A stretch of DNA of 64,000 nucleotides from the NCBI GenBank assembly GCA_951406725.2, contig OX597814.1, positions 139,004,001 to 139,068,000 of the forward strand, given 5' to 3'. Positions 26,777 to 40,721 of the stretch are shown here, in pieces (positions within the stretch are counted from its first letter, which is position 1; every line of letters begins with the position of its first letter). Origin of the DNA: Octopus vulgaris. Its lineage: Eukaryota. The position numbers and the translations under genes were made by a program. The notes beneath the pieces were generated by a model, which saw only the letters and a list, made by a program, of their open reading frames with translations, ran no database searches and was not told the origin of the DNA.

Positions 26777-26902
26777 AACAAGTATAACGATGAATTTGTT
26801 TTTCAACACGTAAATATTGAACAGTATATATAATGGATTTTATCCTTTATATATATACTGTTCAGTATTTACGTGTTGAAAAAAATTATCTTTATACTTG
26901 TT
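26777..26902. repeat. Long fold-back inverted repeat
   Basis: TTTTCAACACGTAAATATTGAACAGTATATATA pairs with TATATATACTGTTCAGTATTTACGTGTTGAAAA (32/33), imperfect extension outward. Confidence 0.9.
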
Positions 26903-27121
26903 CTACAATACATTTCAACGCTTCAAAAACAAACTTGTTTGTTTACATATGACGTAAAAACTATTAACTACTCGAAGAAACCTTCACACAGTCGAATTCC
27001 CGAAAACGTTTAAACTCATAACTTTTGACTCGTCTCTCTTAATTGTTAAACTACTAATGTCCTATGAAAAAAGAAAAATGAAAAACACTTGACTTTCTTT
27101 CAGATTATTTATACAGATATT

Positions 27122-27305
27122 AGGCGCGTGCGTGGCTGTGTGGTAAGAAGCTTGCTTCCCAACCATATGGTTCCGGGTTCAGTCCCACAGTGTGGCACCT
27201 TGGGCAAATATCTTCTATTATAGCTTCTGGTCGCCAAAGCCTTGTGAGTGGTTTTGGTAGGAGGAAACTGAAAGAATCCCGTCGTATATATATATAAATA
27301 TTTAT

Positions 27306-27357
<52 letters not shown>

Positions 27358-27567
27358 TGTGAGTATGTGTTTGTGTGTCCTCCCACCATTGCTTGACAAC
27401 CGGTGTTGGTGTGTCTCCGTCTCTGTAACTTAGCAGATCGGCAAAAGAGACCGATAGAATAAGTACTAGGCTTACAAGGAATAATCCATGAGGTCGATTT
27501 GTTCGACTAAAGGCGGTGCTCCAGCATGGCTGCAGTCAAATGACCGAAACAAGTAAACGAATAAAAA
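27122..27567 (+). mobile_element. SINE family B full length with internal (TA)/(TG)n
   Basis: A-box TGGCTGTGTGG, B-box GGTTCAGTCCC, CORE-like ACCTTGGGCAAATATCTT, 3' end GGTGCTCCAGCATGGCTGCAGTCAAATGACCGAAACAAGT. Confidence 0.92.
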
Positions 27568-28606
27568 TGTGTCTCTTCATAAGATGTTTAATTAATATAT
27601 CCTGGGTTATATCATGTTGACGAATTCTAAAAAGAATGAAAAAGTGTCATACATGTCTAACATCAAGACATTTTAAGAACATGGTAGTATGTAAACAAAA
27701 ATAATTAAATATGTGAATTCGATGCATCATTTTTCCTTATAATTCCTTAATTTCAAATTGAAATTTCTAATCCCGCCAAATATATTTCCCTTGTAAAATT
27801 TATCCACAGGGGAAAGACATGTGCTTCGGAGTTTTATAAGTTAAGACAAATAATTATAACTCCAGCTGTTGCTGGCGCTAGGAGGGATTTGATTTTTACA
27901 AGACATCAAATTACTCTAGTCTTGTAATTCTGTTGACCCGGAGCCAGATAACAGCAACAATAACCTAGGCACTTCATGTCTAATAGTAAAAAGAAACCAC
28001 CCAAAGGTTTCTGCTGCCGTGAATTCAACATATAACTATAACTATTTTCATTGACTTACAAAGTTCCCTTCCGCTGAATCGGTAAGCTTTATGCATGCTT
28101 AGAGAAGGTAACGAAACAGGACATCATAGTAAGATATGTCCAGAACCGGATATCTCACTAAAAGATTTGAAATAGAATACGTGAAATAAAAGGCAAAGAG
28201 GGAAAAATCAATGAAAAATAGGATGTTAGAGTTTAAGTGAAAAAGAATAAAAGAATAGAAAAGAAACAAAGCATATAAGAAGATAAGATTCTGAATGAGA
28301 CGTATCTCTTACCATTTCTAATTTTACTTTTATTCTTTGCATAGCCTTTCGCTTGTTTTCTACGAATTCATTCTCTCCAGTAGAATATGTATTCAAAGCA
28401 TGTATAGAATCAGAAAGCAAGGCTGTAACTGATTACCGGACTGGCTAACTTGAATATGAAGCAAACCGATAAGCACTACATTTCTTTACATAATGGAAGG
28501 ATGAAGTAGAAAAATTATAATAATAATAATAACAATAAACATAATTCTTTAATTAGAAACCAAAGAGACTTTGATCTGTCATTATATGATAAAAGAAAAA
28601 ATTAAA

Positions 28607-28607
<1 letters not shown>

Positions 28608-28672
<65 letters not shown>
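28608..28672. repeat. (AAT)n microsatellite
   Basis: Direct inspection. Confidence 0.98.
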
Positions 28673-29095
28673 CGAAGATGGCAGAAAAATTAAGATAGAT
28701 GACTGAAGCAAGCTGCAATTGCGGCTACATCATAATCAACAATACCAACAAGAACTATACCAGCAACAACAACAACAACCAATAATATAACTAGTTCATT
28801 GATAATCACCATCAACACCACACCTACTACTACTACAACAACTACTACTACTACCACTACCACAACTACTACTACTACTGCTGCTGCTGCTACTATCACC
28901 ATATATTTTAGGCTATCGCTACAACTGTTACTACTACTATTATTAGTACTGTTCTTAATACTAGTACTATCTCACTGATCACCACGACCACCACCAGCAT
29001 TACCACTCTCACTACCACCACTACTTGTTGGATCATTACTGTAATTTTATAGCTACAACTACTTAAGATCTTCCAGCTAGTACTACTACGACTGA

Positions 29096-29290
<195 letters not shown>

Positions 29291-30374
29291 AAGCTGCTGC
29301 AGCGGTGGCACCGGCGGCAGTGGTGGAAGCAGCAGCAACTGCAGCAGTAGAAGGAGCATTAGCGGTGATGCTACTGATGGCGGTAACGGTATTTCTATAA
29401 CGAACCCGGGCAGATTGTTAGCGTTAAGAGGGCGGAGACTTATTACAATCGATTGACTGGCAACTTTAATTAAGTGTGGTTTCTTGTGAAATTGCAGTTA
29501 ATTTTATTTATTAGAACGTCTTTAATCTCCTCCCTGCTTCTTATCTCTGCGAGTTCTTTTGAAAAAGGATAAAGAATAAATACACATACAGTTATGTATA
29601 TGTACATCTTTTTCTTCCTTTCTATCTCTCTTCATATATATATATATATATACATGCGCCTGCGCGCATAAACACTTATACATATATACATATGCATATA
29701 GCAATGTAATTGAAAACCCGCTTTACGTAATTTTCGAAATCACAAAGGTAAAAGTAGTGCTTATTTTCTCATCTATTATTCTGTGATCTTCGATGACTTT
29801 CCAGTGAATTAGCTAACAACGACGCCAATTGGAATTATAGAAAATGAGATGAGATCGCAATGAGCTTGGCTGTTTTTATTTCATTCATTTTTAGTACGGT
29901 GTATTTTAACACAGGATTAAAGCGAAGTAAATTGCAATCACGGTAATACTTGAGATTATAACTACTATCATAGCCGCATCGCTAATTGAAAGATTTACAA
30001 CAATGGAGATTTTTATGACTGGATATTTCATTTTTATATCTTTATTTTTTGTGGGCTTTTCTTTTTTTCATGTTATGCAAAGAAAAATGAAACAACCATC
30101 ATAATGAAAAGACATTCACAATATAAGGCATTAAGCGTGGTGTGTGGTAATGCAGGCAAGTGTCATTAAAGCTCTATACAAGAATACCTCTGTAAGGTAT
30201 ATCCAACTCTCTTATAGACAAACACTCGAAAATGGCAAACACCAAGAAAAAAAATGCAAAAGCCGGAATAATTCTCATACAACCTGATGATTTTATGGTA
30301 ATGGTAATTAAGGAAGTGGTGGTGGTGGCGACGATGATGGCGACAACACAATGATGACGGTGAAAATAATATTT

Positions 30375-30570
30375 GCTCTAAATTTAAACACAAAAAATAC
30401 TTTTGAAGGAAAGAGGTTTGTTGATGATCGACTTCAGTTCTCGGCTGGTACTTTATCTTACCGATTTTGAAAGGATGAAATGCAAAGTTGACCAGCACAC
30501 AATGTAAATTTTCGAAAAAAAATCATGCAGGGCATTTTGTTCGACGCTTCAACGATTCTGCCTATCCACC
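30375..30570 (-). mobile_element. Diverged SINE family A
   Basis: GAAAGGATGAAATGCAAAGTTGACC and AACGATTCTGCC. Confidence 0.7.
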
Positions 30571-31380
30571 GTCGTCTGAGCAACAAGAATATTGATGATA
30601 TTAAAAACTTTGAATGCAGATCTTACTCCTGCTCGGGAAAGAGGGAGATATAAAATTTAGTCGACCATAAACTGAACTGGAGATATTATTTTCAAAGTCG
30701 ACTCGGCGATGTTTGAACAAAGAGATGTGATTAAATAATACATAATATTTTTGCAAACGCTTTCTTATTGCGTCATCCAACATGATTAATCTTGACTAAA
30801 TGGATGCCTACTCCACGGAAGGCAATCTCGGTTCTAGCACTATATAATTTTACATATGAATAAGATGTTGGTTTGCTTTTATCATACAACTTAGCGTTGT
30901 GTATAATGTATCAATTCAACAGTGTTATTTACATCAAGTTGACTGTTTGTTAAAACCTTAGTTTATTGTTTATCATAGATGTATGCGTGATGTTATTGAT
31001 ATAAAATATTCTACCGTGTTCGAAAAGGAAGTTCGGTCATATGCAAATAGATTCTGACAAATGTCACTTGACGGAGATACGATTGTTTTCATTGCGCATG
31101 CTCTCATGCATTGAGTTTTCTCCACGCACTTAACTTTCCGCTCCTGTATGTGTGTGAATGAGTATCAGTGCGCGTGTTCGTATGTCTGCGTATACATATA
31201 TACATACATGCATACATACATCCATGTACACAAATATATATACACTTATATATGTATATATATATATGCACGCACACACATACATATAAATACATACATA
31301 TATATTCATACACATACATGTTTATATACACGTGTGTGTTCATATATGTATACATGTGTGTGTATATACATATGTATGTA

Positions 31381-31423
<43 letters not shown>

Positions 31424-32399
31424 ATGTGTTTATCCATTTATGGTGTAACAACCATGTGTTTAATATATTAAGTATTGTTGCTAAGAAAATAGTCCATGTT
31501 ATTAAACCACAGGACACTAAAGCAGACGAGGCTAATCTATGTCGAAAATAAGATCTCTCTTTGGTGCAGAAATAGCATATTTGTCGAAAACCATGAAGTA
31601 ACATAATACTTAGAAACAAAAAGGCATATATGTTTTAAGACTTCTAAATCTCGCTGTCATCAAAAAAGCATAAGAAAATTTCTTTAAAAATTCAGTTTAA
31701 AATTTTAACGAATACTTTGCACGCGACATCCATTTTATTCGATTTACAATTCTTGGAGCCATAAATTTCAAGTTTTTAGTTTTTAGTTTCATTGTAAATC
31801 CGCCAAGAAAAGAGAAAAGTTCGAGTAGTTCTCTGTTAGTTGTCCCCTGGATATTTTTCAACATATTCAGCTTCGATTTTATAATGTCGAAAGGTGAAAA
31901 TTTTCGAAAATAGCAAGGTTACAACTTTTAGATCAGTCACTTGAATCAAGCTGAGAGAATATGTTTATTGAAGAGAAAGGATATCTGACCTGAATGGTCG
32001 CAACATGGTGGGCTCTGCTAAAATCGCCCCGTGACCAGATGGCGGTGATGTTTAAATGGGTTATGGATTAAGTCTGCCAACGGAAAACAGAAACTGTTTC
32101 TCTGTCTTACAAATTTCGTTGATAAGGCTTCGATCTATTCGAAACTTTCATTAAAGACACTTTTCCCAAGGTGTCACGCAGTGTAACGGAACTTGAAAAC
32201 CTGGAATTGCAAAGTAAATTTCTGAACTAGACACCCATTGTTTCGAAAGTAAATGCTTAGTCTGTATGAGAAACTACAAATAAGAAAATACCAAGTTTTG
32301 ATTCAGCATTGTACTGCAACCAGATATTGACATTAATAGACATAGTTTCATCACTTCTCTTGCTTAGCATTAAATCGTTTGAATGTCTTGCTATATAAC

Positions 32400-32690
32400 G
32401 GCTCAGAAGGATTTAATATCAAGATCGATTAGCGTCAGTCACAAAGTCAGTCATTATTTAAATTCTCTTTGCTCAGATAACCTTAAATTATATGCTAGAT
32501 GACCTGAAGTTATATGCCAAAATATAATAGAGCGTTTTGACGTAGCGTACTTGTTGGGTCAGGAGATTCAGTAGAAATATGGTTTTGACAACTGTGCAAA
32601 TACCATTGCAGAAATACGTTTTACACACAAATGGATGAAAGCACCACAATTTAGGAATCATAATAATCGCTGAATACAAAATGCAGTGAC
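32400..32690 (+). mobile_element. Decayed R4/Dong-type RT fragment
   Basis: YMLDDLKLYAK (YMDDLK motif) followed by RRFSRN..GFDNCA. Confidence 0.6.
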
Positions 32691-32729
32691 CGTTATTATT
32701 GTCATATTTATCATCATCATTATTATTAT

Positions 32730-32930
32730 TAGAATGGTTAGCACGCTGGGTGAAGTGCCTAGCAGCATTTCGTCCGTCTTTCCGTTCTTAGATCAAATTC
32801 CGCCGAGGCCGACTTTGCCTTTCATCATTTCGGGGTCGATAAAATAAGCACCAGTTGAACACTGGGCTCGATGTAATCGACTTACTCCCTCCCCGAAGAG
32901 TGCTGGCCTTGTACCAAAATTTGAAACTAT
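32730..32930 (+). mobile_element. SINE family A monomer
   Basis: Head remnant, core GCCTTTCATCATTTCGGGGTCGATAAAATAAG, tail running into (ATT)n. Confidence 0.88.
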
Positions 32931-32932
32931 TA

Positions 32933-33005
<73 letters not shown>

Positions 33006-33053
33006 CATTATTATTATTATTATCATTTTCATTATCATTATTATTATTATTAT
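32928..33053. repeat. (ATT)n microsatellite
   Basis: Direct inspection. Confidence 0.97.
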
Positions 33054-33933
33054 TTGATGACAACTCACAGCTGATTTGCTGGGTATGATGGAAAGTGTAA
33101 ACTGTCCACAGCCACTAAGGTGACACTTGTTTGTTGGTCATGATTCAAGAACCCTGCGAAGAATTCTTGCAGTTCCAAGCAATGCTGATTTTTGTAGGTG
33201 TTCTACCTTCACACTTCAATCTTTTCGAGTCATGTTGGTAGAGTACTGATACTTCAAAGCGTTCCAATTACTAATTCTCATTGACCACAACTTTCGTATT
33301 TCCCATTTCGAATCGTCATAATTGCCCATTTTTACTTCTTTCTCTTTGACCCTGTTGTCACCGTAACACGCTATGTCGATTATCACGCATATTCTTTCTT
33401 TTTTAATCACCACAACAATGTCCGGTTTCCGATGTCTAATCAGGTGATCGTAGCGAATCATTGCATCCCGCAAGATTTTGCAATTTTCATTCTCTGTGAC
33501 TCCTGGAATTTTCTCATACCACATATTTGCTCTTTGTTGGCCTTGATTTCCACAGAGCTCCCAATGGATCATTCTTGCCACATTGTCGTGCTGCCTTTTG
33601 CATTCGCGTTGTGCCAATTTCGGGCATTCGCTAACGATGTGCCATACCGTTTTTCCCCTCTCACTTCATATTCTGCATTTGTCGCTGTCAGTAATGTTGT
33701 CGATTCTGCATTTCACATAGTCCTTAACGCTTGTTCTTGAGCTGCGCATATAAGTGCTTCTGTCTCTATCTTCAGGTCACTCTTCTTCATCCATAGCCAC
33801 CGGTCTTCTTTATCTGTCTTGGCGTTTGTATCTCTTGGAAACTGGCCGTGCTTTCCCTTTTTAAGTTTTTTTCTTTCTTTACACAATTATCAATTTTAAT
33901 GACGCCGAACTTCTTCACATGTTTCAACAATGG
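33054..33933 (-). mobile_element. R4/Dong-clade non-LTR retrotransposon 3' part (zinc knuckle + restriction-like endonuclease), copy 1
   Basis: ALICAAQEQAL, DKCRI.....ETVWHIVSECPKLAQ, RQHDNVARMIHWELC, KPDIVV..IIDIA, QKSALLGTARILRRVL. Confidence 0.9.
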
Positions 33934-33951
33934 TATATTATCATTATTATT

Positions 33952-35750
33952 CCTTCGTAACACTGAGTAGGTCTTTAGTCATCTGTCAAATCACAGCAAG
34001 GACATCAAACAGATAATATTTTCCTTAAGATGTGTGCTGTGCCCAATAAGGCTGCTTTTTGCAAGACATCAATCTTGGAGTTGCCTTAAGAAGTTCTGAA
34101 GTTTCAATGGGGTTGAGCCCAACGCTCCGATCACTACTGGTATCACTTTTACATTACCTTCTCGCATTCCATACTGTCTTGCCATTTCCATTTTCAATTC
34201 GGAGTACTTGGTGATCGTTTCAACCTCTTTACTCACAACATTCATGTCATTTTAAATGGCTACATCAATGATCTGTCAGTATTCGTCTCTCTCATTCTTT
34301 ATGGTCAATATCCGACGGATTGATTACACGGTCCGTCTAAAAATCATAGTCCCAGAGTGTCGTTACTTTTCCATCCTCCAGCATAACTTTACTTCTACAT
34401 GCTCACACCAGTTCTCTGTTACTTCAGACTGATATTTACGGCATAAGAGCCAATGAAGATACAAGCACACTTTATCGTGGCGGCGTTTGTATTATTTTTG
34501 TGTAAGGCTTTCATATTCATTTACCAAGTGGATCACTTTTCCACACTCTTTCCACAGAGTCTGCATTCCTGAGTGTCAGAAGTTTTATAGATGTTATACT
34601 TCATTGACTTAGTAGTGACAGCCTGGTCTTGTGCAGCAATGATCAGGCTTTCGGTGGTAAACTTCAAATCACCTCACTCAAGCCATGCCCACGATATGTA
34701 TTATCCTTAACGTCCTGTGTTTTCCTTTCAAACTGTCCATGTATTCTCATTTCAGGAAGGTCTTCCTTTCTCTTCTCTTCAGCTCTTTGATCAAACTCTT
34801 CCTTGCCCATCATTTAATTTGTATTTACACCCATATCTTTCACGGAATATTGCAGCAGGTCTTCATCACTATTAATCAAATACTCAGCAAGCCTTCTACT
34901 TTTATTCCTTATACAATGGTCTATACTAATTAGTCCTCTGTTGCCATTCTTTCTTTTCATAGACTGTCTGTTTACGTTTGCTTTAGGTTGTAGAGACCTA
35001 TGCAGCGTCATCATCTTTCTCGTCTTTCTATCCAGTGTTGATATTTCCTCTTTATTCTATTTGAGGATGGGCGCACTATATCTGATAACCGCAACAGCCC
35101 AGATATTCATTGTGGTAACCCAATTTTTGGCATTCAGGTTGGATTTCAGCACCATCTTCACCATTTTTTTTATACGCCTCGCTGATCTTGAATTTCATTT
35201 CTCTGTGTAGAATATCGTTCAGCTCCAAAATCCCTAAATATCTATACCCACTACCGTCTGGTTAACCCATGGTCTCACCTGATGGTAACCGCAATCTTCT
35301 TCAGGCTGTTTACTTCCCTCTTTTCAGATTAAGTACTGAGCATTTGGCAATACCAAATTCCATACCGATGTCCCTACCACACTTCTGGACTGTTTTGATT
35401 AAGGAATCTATCTTATTTCAGATTTCCCAAACAATTTCAGGTCTTCCATAAAGAGAAGATGGTTCAATGATGGGCCTTTTTTTTCCATATCGGTAACCCA
35501 TCTTAACTTTCCTAAGTGTTATGGTTATGAGTATTAGTGAAATTACGAACAGTAACGGAGAAAACGAATCACCTTTGAAGATATCCCTTTTAATATCTTC
35601 TCCAAGTAATACATTACTTGAGTACAATTTGGTTTTCCAATCTTTAATGCCTTGCGTCAGAAAATTTGTGATACTGTCAGCAAAACCAAACATCTGCAGG
35701 CATTCAACGATCCGAGAATGAGGCATCATATCATATGCCTTTTTGTACAT
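33952..35750 (-). mobile_element. R4/Dong-clade LINE copy 2 (RT + endonuclease, decayed)
   Basis: ORF 35418-35750 YKKAYD..PH, IFKGDSFSPLLF; LLY(G)RPE/DLKL region; AAQDQAV, CRLCGK, KRRHDKVC..LHW.LC, QKAALLGTAHILRK. Confidence 0.92.
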
Positions 35751-35896
35751 AGTATTGTTCTAGAGAATGTTTAAGAAAACGTAAGAAAATTATGAGTTTG
35801 TTTTAAAATTTGAGATTATATAGAGAGTATATGGGCAATTCCCATGAGCACTATCATTTGAATTTTTAGTTGTTCTTCTTCTTCTTCTTATTATTA

Positions 35897-35927
<31 letters not shown>

Positions 35928-35935
35928 TATTATTA

Positions 35936-36165
35936 TTTTACTTTTTAATCTGCATCTTTGTTACAGTCACTTGCCGAAACACACCCAGCGTCCTGGGGCG
36001 AGTGAAGGATAAGAGATGTTACAATATGACTGAAAGCTTGGGGAGGGGAGGTAGTGAAATAACTTTATGTAATACAACAGAGACATTTAAATGGATAGGG
36101 TTTTTCTAAGGATGTGGGCAGTACATGTCAGCACAATCTTTTGGATTTGTCCGAGTCATGGTTCA
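35936..36165 (-). mobile_element. R4/Dong-clade LINE copy 3, extreme 3' end
   Basis: IQKIVLTCTAHILRKTLSI* plus 3' UTR ending at (ATT)n 35889-35935. Confidence 0.7.
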
Positions 36166-36210
36166 CCTGGGATCTTATAATAATGCTTATTATTACTATT
36201 ATTATTATTA

Positions 36211-36273
<63 letters not shown>

Positions 36274-36306
36274 AAAGGGTGCAAGCTGGCAGAATCGTTA
36301 GCACGT

Positions 36307-37167
36307 ATTTTCCCACGAGAGTTCCGGACCACAGTTATGAACTTATTTGCATACAGCCAATCAGAGCTCAACTATGAAACTAATTTATGAGTGCATAAGT
36401 AATGGAGGATAAGATGAGGTCACTTGGGCAAGGAATGACCACGCTTCTTTTCTCTTTTAATAATGCTTGTTGTTCTTGTTCTTGTTTCAACCATGGCTGT
36501 CTCTGCATAGTTATTTGTGTTGTCGTTTACTTTGTAAAACAGTAAGGGGAGAGGGTTGCTAGTACATCACCCGCTACCCACATTTTTCCTATCTACATCT
36601 TTACCATTTGGGGCCCTGACAAGATCCGATAATAGGTATAGATACAAATCTATCTAATTACTTGTCTCCTTCTAAAATCAGGCTTAACTTGGCGATCGGT
36701 CGACTTACAACACCGTTCTTCGTCTTGAGTTTACTTGGTAGAGTATGTTCTACCAAGAGATTCACTGTTTTTAACACATGCACGAATGTCATATTGGGCT
36801 TTGCGTCTAGGCATAATCTGGACGGCACCTTTCCTTTCACACTTTTCAAACAATCCTTCAACGGTCTACCTGCACCAATGCGGTTTCTGCCACCACCAAC
36901 CATCATTGTTTTGGATGCTTCAGCTGTTTGCACATTAATTGTCTTTATACTGACTAGAGATTTTCCGCTAATCAGCTTATACGCTCAGTATCGATGATAT
37001 TGGTATCTGAATGAAAGCACAATACAAGATTCGCATGGCAATCGGAGGTCGCCATTGTCAATACCAACCTTTGTTAACTTGACAACAAAGCCAAAGTGAG
37101 CTCTGATTCGGTGTAGGCAAATGAGTTCATTACCGGGGGGCCGGAACTCTCGTGGGAAAAATTTCGC
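36307..37167. mobile_element. Non-autonomous Mutator-like element inserted into a SINE A
   Basis: ~70-bp TIRs (TTTTCCCACGAGAGTTCCGG...ATTTGCATACAGCCAATCAGAGCTCA); same TIR family as 59741-60377; SINE A halves at 36280-36306 and 37168-37353. Confidence 0.8.
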
Positions 37168-37353
37168 CCGTAGGCGAAATGCTTAGCGGTGTTTCGTCTG
37201 CCGCTACGTTCTGAGTTCAAATTCCGCCGAGGTCGACTTTGCCTTTCATCCTTCGGGGTCGATTAAATAAGTACTAGTTACGCACTGTGATCGATGTAAT
37301 TGATTAGCTCCCTTCCCCAAAAATTTTCAAGGCCTTGTGCCTATCGTAGAAAT
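37168..37353 (+). mobile_element. SINE family A, 3' part (head at 36280-36306)
   Basis: Continues GGCGAAATGCTTAGCGG where GCTGGCAGAATCGTTAGCACG stops. Confidence 0.9.
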
Positions 37354-37376
37354 AATAACAATAATAATAATAATTA

Positions 37377-37420
<44 letters not shown>

Positions 37421-37457
37421 ATTATTATTATTATTGTTATTATTATTATTATTGTTA

Positions 37458-37521
<64 letters not shown>

Positions 37522-37522
37522 G

Positions 37523-37584
<62 letters not shown>

Positions 37585-37594
37585 TATTATTATT
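37377..37594. repeat. (ATT)n microsatellite
   Basis: Direct inspection. Confidence 0.98.
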
Positions 37595-38719
37595 TAAGTC
37601 GTGAAGAAGCTGTAAAGAACAGTAGACATTGCATTAGCAGAACTTCATAGATGATGTTGATGTAAATAATGTTCAACTACAAATATTGAATGACTTGGGC
37701 AAGGGTTCGGAAACTACTCTGATAATATCAGAACATAGTTAAGTAATGGTAGAAGATATCGAAGATAGTGTGGCGAATGGATGTGGTTGCAGAATGTTGA
37801 TATACATGTATTTGCCAATTAGTCAAATAGACATGTTTTACAGATGATCTAAAATACGTTCGTTTGTGTGAGTGAGCGAGTTAGTAAGTGAGTGTGTATG
37901 TGTGTGTGTGAGAGAGAGAGAGAGCGAGAGAGAGAGAGAGGCATTACACTGAATGCAGGTAATACATATTAGGTCCACCTGAACAAAAGAGGTTAGATAT
38001 AAAGAACAAGTATAAAAATAACGTAAGCAACACTCTAGAAATATTCATGCTCAGCTGATACAATAAATACGTTATAAAAACGGTAAATAACATCACTCTG
38101 ACAAGATGTCGACACTTCAAACAAAGCTTTACTAAGCTACCTACAAATCAATTTTGCAAACAAGGATGATACTGTCAGGTAACAAACAGGTGTCAGTGAG
38201 CCTGATCCGTTTATTTTAGCAAATAAAGTTATCTCTATCGTACCTTATCTTCTTCGAAAAGGATTACGTGTCATTTTTTTTTTCGTTTTGATTTTTCAGC
38301 CATGGACAAAATGGTGAATGTGTTTAGTTTTCTTTTTGTTCTTTTTCTTGTTGATGTTGTTGCTGTTTTTATTCTTAAGGGATGGACAAAATGATGAAAT
38401 ACCACGCAAGATATATCCATTAACACCATGTTTAAATATGCTACAAGGACTACCCAAAACAATATCTCTTCTCTTGCATTGATGTTTTTAACTAAAATTC
38501 AACTATTCGTTAATTCTACCAGTATAAAACTTGTCTTCATTTCAACATATCCAGTAGGAAAACATTTTATCTGTTCAGTAATTCTTATTATCATGACTTC
38601 AAGGCATGATATACAGAGTGCGAGGGGTATTTGAGAACACTTATGTATTAGTATATTACTCTCTTCAAAACAATTAAAAGGCTTTTTCTTTAGATCCCCG
38701 CATGTCAAATCGCATCTTT

Positions 38720-39220
38720 CCACGGGATCTTAGGATTAATACTCTAAGTTGCTGGAGAGAGTTGTTAAGCTCTTTATGGATGAATTACCCAGTAAAAGAT
38801 CATGTATACTTCAGTAATACTCAGCAGCTTCTCACAAAGTCCGCGCAACCCAAGAATGGATATTAGACAATCATTAAAGCCATGTAATACTAAACACACG
38901 GCCTCCAAACTGGCAAGATTTAAATCTCAAGGACTTCTGCATTTGGAATGTTGTTGAAACGGAGACTAATCGACATCCTCATAATGCCATAACTTCACTG
39001 AAATTATCCAGATCATGTTCGAAATAAATAAGGACGATTTAATGCAGGCGCATCAATTATTCCAGTTCCACATTGAAGTGGTCACCGAAACTGAAGGCAG
39101 ATTCATAGAATAATTTTATAAGAAAGCTTATAAAAAATATGTGTACAATTCTTTATTAAAATGCATTTGGTTTCTGCTAGGCTAGAGTTGTTTTATTACC
39201 TTACTACATTTGCGCACACT
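38720..39220 (+). mobile_element. Tc1/mariner (maT/DD37D-like) transposase C-terminal relic
   Basis: LQ*YSAASHKVRATQEW, RPPNWQDLNLKDFCIWNVVE (WPPNSPDLNPLD motif), TEGRFIE*. Confidence 0.75.
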
Positions 39221-39719
39221 ACGGCTCGTATTGTGTATACGAAGATTTTACACAAACAGAGCATCACCTAGGAGGCATAAAATCATGATTCCCAAATGAG
39301 AGTTCGATGATCGATCTAGTTCATTTCTCACAAACTTTCAGCCGTTTCCTAAAACCGTCTGATACGTCTGTCCACCATTGGCAGCAAATCCTCTTCAGTT
39401 TCAGTATTCGGTATTCGGTATTCTGAAACTTACTTCCCACTTTGTCATTTACATTCTTTGTATTATTTTGTAACTTCAGATTTAATAGGAAGGATCGGTG
39501 TAGCTGACGAATTGCATCGAATGACAAAACTATTAGTATAGTGTGTTACAGGGATTGGTCAATTCGTGTAGCTGTCATTTCCAGATGAGATTCTGCGTCG
39601 GATTTATCACACAGCCAAATTTAGTTTAGTACAAACAAATTTCAACACATTAAGAGAGAGAGAGATGACTAGAATATACAGTGGCTTTATGTACCTTCAC
39701 AAATATACTGAATATATAC

Positions 39720-39722
<3 letters not shown>

Positions 39723-39752
<30 letters not shown>

Positions 39753-39882
39753 TGTATGTATGTATGTATGTATGTATGTATGTATGCATGCATGTATTTA
39801 TGCATGTATGTATGTACATTCATATGTATGTGTCTCTCTCACGCGCGCTCTGTATGTGTCTATACATACATACATACATACA

Positions 39883-39977
<95 letters not shown>
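39723..39977. repeat. (ATGT)n, (ACAT)n and (TA)n
   Basis: Direct inspection. Confidence 0.97.
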
Positions 39978-40721
39978 TATCATATAGTACTTGGCGTTTT
40001 ATTCGGTTACTCTATATAATCATTCAATGAATTAAACATTTGTTCGATTATTGGACATGTCGCGCCCCATAATCCAGCATGAATATTGCATTAGTTCGTT
40101 GCTTTAAAGCACTTTAGATTAATGGCATGACCTCGATCCGATCTATATTGCCTGTTAAGACAACACTGGTTTTACAATGCTTTCATCTTTAACGCTATTT
40201 GCATCACTTAACATTGTTGACGTCTGGACAGATTTTGAGAAAAATTCTGACATCTCGACTGTCCCATTATCAGTAATACGCAGCCTACATAAGAAAGAAA
40301 AAACAACAACAAACCAACAACTTTTGACAGAAGAGGTTTAAGTGATCTCGATCTCCATCGAAATAATTGGAAAACATAATGTCGGTTACTTGAATTAAGC
40401 GTCCTAAGTTCGCATGTTGTCACTCACTAACCCTGCTCTCAATCGCTGCGTAGAATATGAAAGCAGATCAAATAACTACCACTACTTCTACGACGACGAC
40501 TACTGATGTTAATAATGGTGATGATGTGGTGTATAGACAGTGTCTGTGGTATCCAGCTCCTCTGTTCATAACGACGGGTAGTAGAGAACTCGGCGATGCA
40601 AACTAATGAAACACGTGTAATTTTAATAACGTCGCCAACGCTTGAAGCTACAGGGTGTTCTGTGATGTCATAACTGCCTGCAACTCAGTGGACTGAGCTG
40701 CACCGACCTAAGTGTCCTACT

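Noticed and set aside
40680-40715. GC-rich hairpin followed by CTAA, like a Helitron 3' end
   Set aside because: No canonical CTAG-T junction, 5' TC end or second copy in the window.
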